36,143 nt of DNA from positions 1 to 36,143 of the forward strand of contig JARVGK010000032.1 of the NCBI GenBank assembly GCA_029762535.1. The letters run 5' to 3'. This DNA comes from Thermoplasmatota archaeon. GTDB taxonomy: Archaea > Thermoplasmatota > Penumbrarchaeia > Penumbrarchaeales > Penumbrarchaeaceae. Positions 1 to 8,600 of the stretch are shown one piece after another (position 1 is the stretch's first letter; every line of letters begins with the position of its first letter). The notes under the pieces were generated by a model. The model ran no database searches. It worked only from the letters and a program-made list of their open reading frames with translations, and was not told the DNA's origin. A program made the translations under genes and the position numbers.

Positions 1-177
1 AAGGATGGTAGGATCAAGTTCCAGAAGAAAAAGTATCTGATCGGTAAAGAATTCGTAGGCCAGAAGGTCGAGATTGTTATCATTCGAGATCAGCTGAGAG
101 CTTTCTTGAGCAGCAACAAGTTGATTATCTTTAAATTAGGAGAAGATGATGCGGTGGTCATCAGATTGGATAGGTAA
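1..177 (+). CDS. 3' end of a probable IS481-family transposase/integrase (partial, runs off window start)
   Basis: Frame 1 reads KDGRIKFQKKKYLIGKEFVGQKVEIVIIRDQLRAFLSSNKLIIFKLGEDDAVVIRLDR*. The G-x-I-x-F...Y-x-IG...G-x-x-V pattern resembles the beta-rich C-terminal domain of IS481/Mu-like transposases. The DNA is AT-rich relative to the rest of the window. Confidence 0.6.
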   Translation, partial: KDGRIKFQKKKYLIGKEFVGQKVEIVIIRDQLRAFLSSNKLIIFKLGEDDAVVIRLDR

Positions 178-220
178 TTTTGGAGTTACAAAGTTCTGGA
201 GTTTAGGGAGTTACGTGACA
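1..220 (+). mobile_element. Right end of an IS481-like insertion sequence
   Basis: The transposase-like tail is followed by ggagttacaaagttctggagtttagggagttacgtgACA (182-220). It carries repeated ggagtt(ac) motifs and ends in ACA (5'-TGT on the other strand), as IS481 termini do. Confidence 0.5.
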
Positions 221-745
221 CCTGATTGAAATCAATTTCCGCAAATTGCCGTCAGATTCTTACTATAGCCAGCATCGAGGGACCCCCCGGTTCAAAACAA
301 TTTAAAATACCGACTTTTGCCGAGAGGATCGCCCGCGAAAAAAGTCACTTCCTTGAATACCCCACGGCAAAAGCCGTCACTTTTCCACCGATCCCAGGTG
401 ACGTGTTTTTCCGCGAAATACGTCACCTGAAGGGATCGATCCTGCCTCGGGGATCGCCCCGATCCGACGAGTTTCGCGGTAGGGATCGCGGGATTGACGG
501 ATCATCTCCCTCGCCTTGATGGATAAGCCCTTGGAACTTCTTCAGGATCCCTGCCATCCAGAAGCTCTGCCGAGAAACCTGAGTAAATAAGAATTTATGA
601 TCATTTGGATCATTGCCAACGGATCCCATTCCAACCGGTCACGATCTCACAGGATGGTAAGAAAAGTATGTTTTCTTAACCTCTTATTAATCGATGCTTA
701 TATACTAAGTTGCTCTTGATTGTAAAATAGCAGGAGTTCGACCCC

Positions 746-1543
746 ATGAGAAAAATATCAAGGCTGATGTTATTTTCAATATGTGCGATCATGATCCTTG
801 CACCCGGTTGCTTAGAAGAAAACGGAGGCCCAGACGCCAACGAGGAGGAAGAGGAGATTTCCCCTATCGATGACCTGAACTTCAAGTTCGTATCGATCCC
901 CTCCGGCACGTTCATGATGGGATCGCATGTGATGGTAAATTTGCGATTGGAGCAGCCGCAGCATCAGGTGACCATAAGCAGAGGGTTCGAGATGCTGGCC
1001 TACGAGGTCACCCAGGCCCAGTTCGAAGCCGTCATGGGTCACAACCCGAGCGCGAACGTGGGTGAGAACCATCCTGTTGAACTGGCGAGATATGAATGGG
1101 TGCTGGAGTTCATCGAGAAGCTCAACGAAATGGACCCGCATCATGTATACGGACTGCCGACGGAGGCGCAATGGGAGTATGCCTGCAGGGCCGGATCCAC
1201 CGAACACTTTTGCTTCGGAAACGATACCGCCCGATTGGCCGATTATGCCTGGTACAAGGATAACGCAGATATGAGGACGCATCCCGTAGGGGAAAAGCTG
1301 CCCAATGCATGGGGCCTGTACGATATGCATGGTAATGTGTTCGAGTTCTGCAGCGACTACTATTATTATTATCCGGATGATCCGCAGACCGACCCATCCG
1401 GACCACCGAACGGTACCCACAGGGTCATAAGAGGGGGCAGCTACAGAGATATCGATATGGACGTCCGGAGCGCAGCACGACAGGGTATATACCTCGAAAT
1501 ACACCCATTCATGGGGTTTCGGATCATCAGGGTGGAGGCTTGA
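746..1543 (+). CDS. Formylglycine-generating enzyme (FGE-sulfatase/SUMF1) family lipoprotein
   Basis: Signal peptide with lipobox LAPGC. Family motifs IPSGTFMMG, YEVTQAQF, LPTEAQWEYACRAG, PNAWGLYDMHGNVFEFC, RVIRGGS and GFRI. RBS aggag upstream. Confidence 0.9.
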   Translation: MRKISRLMLFSICAIMILAPGCLEENGGPDANEEEEEISPIDDLNFKFVSIPSGTFMMGSHVMVNLRLEQPQHQVTISRGFEMLAYEVTQAQFEAVMGHNPSANVGENHPVELARYEWVLEFIEKLNEMDPHHVYGLPTEAQWEYACRAGSTEHFCFGNDTARLADYAWYKDNADMRTHPVGEKLPNAWGLYDMHGNVFEFCSDYYYYYPDDPQTDPSGPPNGTHRVIRGGSYRDIDMDVRSAARQGIYLEIHPFMGFRIIRVEA

Positions 1544-1676
1544 TGGATCGGCCCCCCTCATCATGAGAAATCATATCAATCTTCTATCTCCATCTCCGCT
1601 ATATAGGATCCTCTTTGGATCCCCTCTCCGGTTGGGATGATGCCAACAGCGGACATCCTAATAAAGTATAAATAAA

Positions 1677-1696
1677 GGTTATACATTTATATAACC
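1677..1696 (+). promoter_or_regulatory. Palindromic operator overlapping the TATA box of the toxin-antitoxin operon
   Basis: GGTTATA-cattta-TATAACC is a perfect 7-bp inverted repeat. It overlaps TTTATATA and ends about 10 nt before the antitoxin ATG. Confidence 0.55.
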
Positions 1697-1706
1697 AGTG
1701 GTAGGA

Positions 1707-1955
1707 ATGTTCGCAAAGCAAGTTAAAGTGGGACCCAAGGGGCAGATCGTGATCCCGAAGGCGTTCAGGGACGAGTTCGACATCCATCCCGGAAGCGAAT
1801 TAATTGTAGAATACACTGAGGACGGGATCGTCATCAACGTTGAAGAAGAGAATACCGAGGAAATATTCGAAGAGGTCGCCAACACAGGGAAAAAGGTCAA
1901 AAGAAGGATAGATCCCCATGAAGCCTATGGATCCCAGATGGAGGAGAGGCATTGA
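1707..1955 (+). CDS. AbrB/MazE/SpoVT-family antitoxin
   Basis: KVGPKGQIVIPKAFRDEFDIHPGSEL is the AbrB swapped-hairpin signature. The gene overlaps the downstream PIN gene by 4 nt. ATG at 1707 is preferred over GTG at 1698. Confidence 0.9.
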   Translation: MFAKQVKVGPKGQIVIPKAFRDEFDIHPGSELIVEYTEDGIVINVEEENTEEIFEEVANTGKKVKRRIDPHEAYGSQMEERH

Positions 1956-2392
1956 TATACCTCGACTCCAATGTATTCATCTCCGCTGCCCTTTACGATG
2001 ATGAGGTTGGCAATAGAGCCAGAACGATATTGAAAGGGATCAGATCGGGAGGGTTCGAAGCATGCACATCCACGCTCACTTTCGATGAGGTCTACTGGAT
2101 AGTGAAGAAGGAGAAGGGTAAGGACAGCGCCCTGAGGATCGTAAAGGCCATGCTAAGGATGAAAAACCTCAGGTACGTGCCCGTTGATAAAGAGGTCCTT
2201 TGGAGGACATATGAGCTCCTTGATGAAAACGATCTCGGTCCCAGGGATGGGATCCATCTCGCATGCGCTCTGATATCCGGATCCGGGACCATGATAAGCG
2301 ATGATTCCGACTTTGAGAGGGTGGATCTCATGGAGAACGTCACGATGGAGAAATTCATCCTGTGGATCGATCAACAAAAGAGGTTCCAATGA
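1952..2392 (+). CDS. vapC: VapC-type PIN domain toxin (ribonuclease)
   Basis: IYLDSNVF, TFDEV, PRDGIHLACA and ISDDSDF supply the PIN acidic tetrad. Coupled to the AbrB gene. Confidence 0.9.
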   Translation: MIYLDSNVFISAALYDDEVGNRARTILKGIRSGGFEACTSTLTFDEVYWIVKKEKGKDSALRIVKAMLRMKNLRYVPVDKEVLWRTYELLDENDLGPRDGIHLACALISGSGTMISDDSDFERVDLMENVTMEKFILWIDQQKRFQ

Positions 2393-2621
2393 ACGTCATA
2401 TTCGAACACCTCCCAATAAAGAGGATCCCCCTCCGAAATGATAGGAGCGATCGATCGCAGTATGACCGATATCGACCGGTTCGTTACTATGATATCAACA
2501 CCGAAACGCCGATCACAGCGTTTGGACGGACGTTCTCAAATAAGATATCGACCAGCAAGAATGCGCCCTCGGGTTAGCTGGATATGACAGCTGCATTGTG
2601 GTATGGCGTGGTGAAAGGTGA

Positions 2622-4685
2622 TCACTCGATCCTGACCCTGCAATCGACCGCAACGGCTCCCTTTTCTGATACGAACAGCGGGTTGATCTCGATGTCCGTG
2701 ATATCATCGACCTGAAGCAAAAGGTCCCCCAACGATCTAAGGGCCAGCGCTATCTTGCTCCTGTCGGCCTCCTTCTTCCCTCTGAAGGCCCCGAGTATGG
2801 CCTTGCCCCTGATCTCGTCCATCATCTCCATGGCGTCGAGGTCACCTATGGGAGCCACCCTGAAGGTGACGTCGTTCATGGCCTCGACCATGACACCGCC
2901 CACACCGAACATCACAGCGGGACCGAACACACCGTCGCGTATGGCGCTTGCGATGACCTCCCTTCCTCTGACCTGCTCCATAACGATGATCCTCTCGGAG
3001 ATGGGCCTCAGTCTTTCGTAGGCTTCCACAAGGTCCTCTATGTTGTCGATATCCGTGATGACCCCTCCCCTCTCCGTCTTGTGGATCAGCTCGGGAGAGG
3101 ATCCCTTCATGACTATGGGGAACCCTATCTCCCTTGCGGCCTTGACCGCGCCGTCTATGCTTTTCACGGCCCTGTACCTGCAGAGATCGATGGGTCCGGC
3201 CTTTAAAAACTCCAAAGATGTCTCGAGGTCCATGAAGTTGTGTCCCTTCTTCCTGGTCCTATCCACGAGCTTTCTCACTTTCTTTAGGTCCCATTCGATC
3301 GGGGGAGGCAGTTCCCGATCCCTCGAGTTCTTGTATCTCTTGAACCGATACAGGACCTCCAGCGATGATACGGCCTCCTCAGGGAAGTAGAAAGCGGGAA
3401 GTCCTGCCTCGTTGAACTCCCTTATCTGATTGTCCGCATCCTTGCCCCCGATATAGCACAGGACAAGGGGCTTGTTCGGGCACTTCATGGCCGATATCAG
3501 GTCGCTCGTGAACTTATCCACGTCCACGCCTGCCGTTGCGCCGTATATGCCGATCACGGAGCCGATGCCGGGCTCCTGCATGGCCTTCTGGAGGCACTTG
3601 ATATATCCCTCGGGAGGCGTTTGCGCCGTGATATCGACGGGATTGTTCAGGGAAGCGAAGGGGGGAAGCAAGGGTCCAAGGTTAATGCTTATCCATTCCA
3701 TGTTGTAGAACAGCGGAAGGTTGGACAGACCAACTTCATCTATAGCCAGAATGCCGAACCCGCCCCCGTTCGTTATCACCAGCACCTCCTCGGCCTCGGG
3801 AAGGGGCAGGTCGTTCAGCGCCCTCGTCCAGTCTATGGCCTCCCTGAGGGTGGGGGCCCTCAATGCCCCCGCCTGCCTGAAGGCGGCGTCGAAGAGGCTG
3901 TCGGCCCCGGCAAGGGATGCCGTGTGGGAGGCGACGGCTTTGGCACCGGCCTTGGATCTTCCGGATTTTAAAATGATCACCGGTTTGTTCCTGGATATCT
4001 CCTTTACCTTGCGGATGAACTCCCTGCCGTCCTTGAGGCCTTCGATGTACATCAGGATGATCCGGGTATGGTCGTCCGAGCATAGGAAGTCGAGTATCTC
4101 CTCGTCCGAGAGGTCGGCCTTGTTCCCAACGGATATCATGGCAGAAACCCCTATGCCCTCCTGGAAGACCCGATCCATCAGGGCGATGCCCAGTGATCCC
4201 GATTGGGTTATGATGGCAACGTTGCCCTGGAGCACCTTCTCGTTGCCGAACTGGGCGTTCAGGTCCGAGGGGGTGTAGATCATTCCGAAGACGTTTGGAC
4301 CGAGTAGCCTTATGTTGTGCTTTCTCGCGGTCTCGATGAGATCGCGCTCCAATTCCACGTTCCCGATCTCCTTGAAACCGGATGTGATCACCACAACGAA
4401 AGGGATGCCCTTGGCACCGCATCTGTCGATCTCCTCCCTGACATGGTCCGCGGGTATGCAGATAAGGGCAAGGTCGATCTCGACCGGGACGTCCTTGATC
4501 TCCCTGTATCCCTTCTGTCCGCAGACATCCTCTCCCTTCAAATTTATCGGGAACATGCCCCCTTTGAAACCACCCTGGACGAGATTGTTGAAGGTCTTGT
4601 AGCCGATCTTGCTCCTATTTGAGGACGCCCCTATGACCGCAACGTTCCTGGGGTTGAAGAATCTTGAGAGATCGGTCATTTGCAC
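2622..4685 (-). CDS. ADP-forming acetate/acyl-CoA ligase, fused alpha-beta subunits
   Basis: CoA-binding FNPRNVAVIGAS and LLGPN, TQSG, SVGNKAD, the phospho-His motif ASHTASLAG, ITNGGG, NPVD, and an ATP-grasp C-terminus with HKTERGGV, EINPL and AVDCR. Confidence 0.92.
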   Translation of the reverse strand: MQMTDLSRFFNPRNVAVIGASSNRSKIGYKTFNNLVQGGFKGGMFPINLKGEDVCGQKGYREIKDVPVEIDLALICIPADHVREEIDRCGAKGIPFVVVITSGFKEIGNVELERDLIETARKHNIRLLGPNVFGMIYTPSDLNAQFGNEKVLQGNVAIITQSGSLGIALMDRVFQEGIGVSAMISVGNKADLSDEEILDFLCSDDHTRIILMYIEGLKDGREFIRKVKEISRNKPVIILKSGRSKAGAKAVASHTASLAGADSLFDAAFRQAGALRAPTLREAIDWTRALNDLPLPEAEEVLVITNGGGFGILAIDEVGLSNLPLFYNMEWISINLGPLLPPFASLNNPVDITAQTPPEGYIKCLQKAMQEPGIGSVIGIYGATAGVDVDKFTSDLISAMKCPNKPLVLCYIGGKDADNQIREFNEAGLPAFYFPEEAVSSLEVLYRFKRYKNSRDRELPPPIEWDLKKVRKLVDRTRKKGHNFMDLETSLEFLKAGPIDLCRYRAVKSIDGAVKAAREIGFPIVMKGSSPELIHKTERGGVITDIDNIEDLVEAYERLRPISERIIVMEQVRGREVIASAIRDGVFGPAVMFGVGGVMVEAMNDVTFRVAPIGDLDAMEMMDEIRGKAILGAFRGKKEADRSKIALALRSLGDLLLQVDDITDIEINPLFVSEKGAVAVDCRVRIE

Positions 4686-4807
4686 ACTGCTCCGCCCTCA
4701 TGAACGTTCACCATTATTTTAAATGGATTGAGCCACGTCCCGGGGAATGGGGCTTGTGACATGCGTGAGATTTTTTTTATAACAACATCCGCTCAACCGA
4801 TCATTTG

Positions 4808-5608
4808 TCATCCCGGACCACGAAAGGTGACATTGCCCCCATCCATGCGTATTCTTTTGACCTTCATTGCAGGAACTCCGCTGACCATGGTAAACGGCTC
4901 GACATCCTTGATGATGACGCTGTTCGGCATCAATGCACTATGATGCCCGACGTTCACCCCGGGTTGTATCGTTACCTTGGCGCCTATCCATGTGCAGGTC
5001 CCGACACGTACTGGTGCCTTGAGAGTACCCTTGGGGCCCCATGGTTCCCCCAGCAGGCGTTTCTTGATGCTCGAATGGGTGTATATGGCCCCGGCCGGGC
5101 TTGCGGTGTCCACATGGTCCTCTATGATCAGACCTCCGGTCCCGTCAAGGACCCAATAGTGGCCCACGGCCACATCGCTTCCGATCCACACATTGTTCTC
5201 GGAGGTCCCGTGTATCGTGGAACCTCGCTGGATCAGGCATCTCTCCCCTATCCTGGAATATCTAATGCTCACATCGTCCTTTACGATGGTCCCCTTCTCG
5301 AAAGAGGTATGGCTGACCCTCACGCGCGATCCTATCTTCACATCGTCCGATATCTCAACATCCGGACCCATTCTCGTATATTTCCCGATGGAGACGTTCT
5401 TTCCGACGCTGACACCCAACATACGAAAGAGGAAAACCCTCAATTGGTTGAAGGGAAGTGTCGAGAAGAACCAATTCATTATTCGGAGAATTTCCATCGG
5501 CCCATGTTCCCCCGGGACATCCATCGGTCCCATCGGATAAAAATGTTCATACGCTTTTCTATGAATCAGAACGACCCTGTTCCTTTTCGGAGTTCGAAAC
5601 TCCCACAA
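4808..5608 (-). CDS. Left-handed beta-helix (hexapeptide repeat) acyltransferase
   Basis: Hexapeptide repeats VSVGKNVSIG, VEISDDVKIG and VWIGSDVAVG, plus C-terminal PVRVGTCTWIGAKVTIQPGVNVG...VSGVPA. TTG start after a G-rich RBS. Confidence 0.8.
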   Translation of the reverse strand: MWEFRTPKRNRVVLIHRKAYEHFYPMGPMDVPGEHGPMEILRIMNWFFSTLPFNQLRVFLFRMLGVSVGKNVSIGKYTRMGPDVEISDDVKIGSRVRVSHTSFEKGTIVKDDVSIRYSRIGERCLIQRGSTIHGTSENNVWIGSDVAVGHYWVLDGTGGLIIEDHVDTASPAGAIYTHSSIKKRLLGEPWGPKGTLKAPVRVGTCTWIGAKVTIQPGVNVGHHSALMPNSVIIKDVEPFTMVSGVPAMKVKRIRMDGGNVTFRGPG

Positions 5609-5640
5609 CCGCCCCCCTGCTCATTCCGCAGGTGGCATCC

Positions 5641-8600
5641 TCATCCCCCGCGCTCGAGATCCTCCCATGCGGACCTCATCATGAAGTTGAGCCTGTTGTA
5701 GATATTGACCTCTGAGCTGCCCGCGTCCATATCCAGATACAGCACGTTGAGGTCGGGATGCGCCCTCTTGAGGGCGTTCTCGATCCCCTTGCCTATGATA
5801 TGGTTCGATATGCAGCCGAAAGGCTGCAGACACAGCACGTTGTTTATCCCCTCCTCCGCGAACGAGGCTATCTCCGCCGGGATCAGCCACCCCTCCCCGA
5901 ACTGGTCCACGAGCGACACCACTCCCCTCGCCCTGTTCGATAGCTCCTGGATCCCATGGGTCCTCCTGTACCTGACATACCCTTTCCTGACCCTGTCGTA
6001 TCTCTCTATGTGATGGTTGACATACCACTCCGCCGGGTAGCTCATGAAGTACTTCATGGTCCTCCCCTTGGTGGAGGCCTCGGCGTGGAAGCGGTGGTTC
6101 ACTAGCTCCTGGGCGAAGAAATCGAGTATGGGCGGAACATAGGGCTCGATCCCGCTCTTGGCCAGATGATCCACAACGTAGAAGTTGCCGAAGGGGTTGT
6201 ACTTGACGTAGATCTCGCCCACGATCCCTATCACTGGCCTATTCCTATCATCGACCTCCACCTCGTTGAACTCGTCCACCGCCTTCGCCAACAGCGGGAG
6301 CATCTCGCCCTCCCTTCCGTTCATCATCAGGTCGCAACCCATCTTCAAATACCTGTCCACGATCCCGTCCGCGCTGCCCTTTTCGATCTCTCTCACGGCG
6401 GTGCTGTTGTACATCAGCATCAACGAGTCCGAGAAGAGTATCCCGTGAACGAGCTCCCGCAGCAGCTTCCACACGTTCAAGCGGACGCCCGGCTGCTCGT
6501 TGAGCTTCTGCGAGGACAATGACACCGTGACCACCGGTATGTCCGAGAAACCTGCGGCCACCATCGCCTTCTTCAGCAGGGACAGATAGGAAGAGGCCCT
6601 GCACTGACCTCCGGTCTGGGTGATCCCCAGGGCTATCCTGTCATGTTCGTATCCGTTCCTCTGCAGGGCCTTTATCAGGTCCCCTATCACAACTATCGCG
6701 GGATAGCATATCTCGTTGTTGCAGTACTTCAGCCCCGCCTCGATGGAATCCCGGTCGGACTCGGGCAGGGTCTCCACCTCATAACCGACCGATCCGAAGC
6801 TCGCCTCGACGAGAGGTGAGAAGAACCTCGAGAAGAAGGGCACGATTATCCTGCGTTCCTTGTCCTTTTCAAGAAAGGGGGGTGTGCTTTTCCTGGGCAG
6901 GCCCTCCATTCTCGTCGAGCCCCTTGCGGAGAGGGATTCCATCATCGAGCGCAGCCTCAGCCTCATCGAGCCGGGGCTGGAGACCTCGTCTATTCTGATA
7001 AGGGTGTGGTTCTTCCCTGCCGCGGCGAGTATGGCCCTGGACTCGTCGCATACCAGGGCATCGGGACCGCAGCCGAAGGAGTTGAGCTGCACCACTTCCA
7101 CGTTATCTTTGAGTGCCGCCCATTTCACTGCGTTGTATATCCTGTTCGGATACTGCCACTGGGTGAGGACGTGCACATCACCGAGCCCGTCCAATTCCGG
7201 GACGGAATCCTCGGTTATGACGTCCGCGCCCATCCTCGAGATCATCTCGGTTATCTTGTGGCTGATCAGATGATCGACGTGGTAGGGGCGTCCGGCGAGC
7301 ATCACGACGAGGTCGGACGCCTCGACGATCTCGGCACAACGCCTCCTGATCTCGTCCTTGTATCTCTCCTGCTCGTCGAGGGCCTTTGAGAGGGCCCTGT
7401 CGACCACCGACGGGGGCACCCCAAGACCCTTGAGGTACCTGCGCACACCCTTCTTCAGCAGCCTCTGCTCCCTGAACGATATGGTCGGCTGGTCGAAGGG
7501 GACGCCGTATTTGCTCTCGATGTCAAGGGAGGACCTGACCACGTCAGGATATCCGGTGACGATGGGGCAGTTGAAGGTGTTCAGAGTATCGGCGTACTCC
7601 TGGGACTCGAAGACCACGACGGGATAGAATACCCGGTCCACCCCGATCTCCACCAATTCAAGCACGTGCCCGCCAACGAGCTTGGCCGGATAGCAGATGT
7701 TCTCCGACATGACGTTCTTCAGTCCCTTCTCGGCCATGGTATGGGTGGATGGGAGTGATACGATCACCTTGAACCCGGCCTCCACGAAGAGGGTGGACCA
7801 GAAGGGGAAGTTCTCATACATGTTCAGCACGCGGGGGATCCCGATCGACCCCCTCGATATACCCTCGGGCTCGAGCCTTCTCTTGAAAAGGAGTTCTATC
7901 TTCTCATCGGCAAGGTTCCTCCCCTTCCTCGAAGAGCCGCCCTTGTTCGAGAATATCCTCTCGCAGCGGTTCCCGGTGAAGAACACATTGCCGTTGCCGA
8001 ACTCCATCCTGGTGACCGTACACGTGTTCTGGCAGCCGCTGCAGTGCAGGAATCGCCTGGTGAAGGTGACCTCCTCCTCCAATCCGATGAAGGAGGTCGC
8101 GACCCCCTCCTCATGACCATCCCTTGCGCTCAAGGCTGCCCCGTACGCGCCCATCAGCTCGGGAATGCTAGGGCATATCACCCTCTTTCCCAGGACCATC
8201 TCCAGGGCTCTGTGAACGGCGGGGTTGCGGAACGTGCCACCCTGTATGACTATGTTGTCGCCCAGGACCTGCGGGTCCTTTATCTTCAGGACCTTGTATA
8301 GGCAGTTCTTGACCACGGACACGGCCAACCCTGCGGATATGTCGGAGACTGATGCCCCCTCCCTCAGGGCCTGCTTGACCTTCGAGTTCATGAACACCGT
8401 GCATCTGGTGCCCAGGTCGTATGGGCTTTTGGACGCGACCGCCATGTTGGCGAAGTCCTCGACATCCAGACCCAGATTGTTGGCGAAGGTCTCCAGGAAG
8501 GAACCGCATCCCGAGGAGCAGGCCTCGTTCAACTCGATATCGTTTATTATCCCACCGCGTATGAACATCGCCTTCATGTCCTGCCCGCCGATGTCCAGGA

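Noticed and set aside
2389-2577. Short ORF starting at an ATGA overlap with the vapC stop (possible third toxin-antitoxin component)
   Set aside because: No recognisable motif or typical codon pattern. Cannot be supported without homology evidence.
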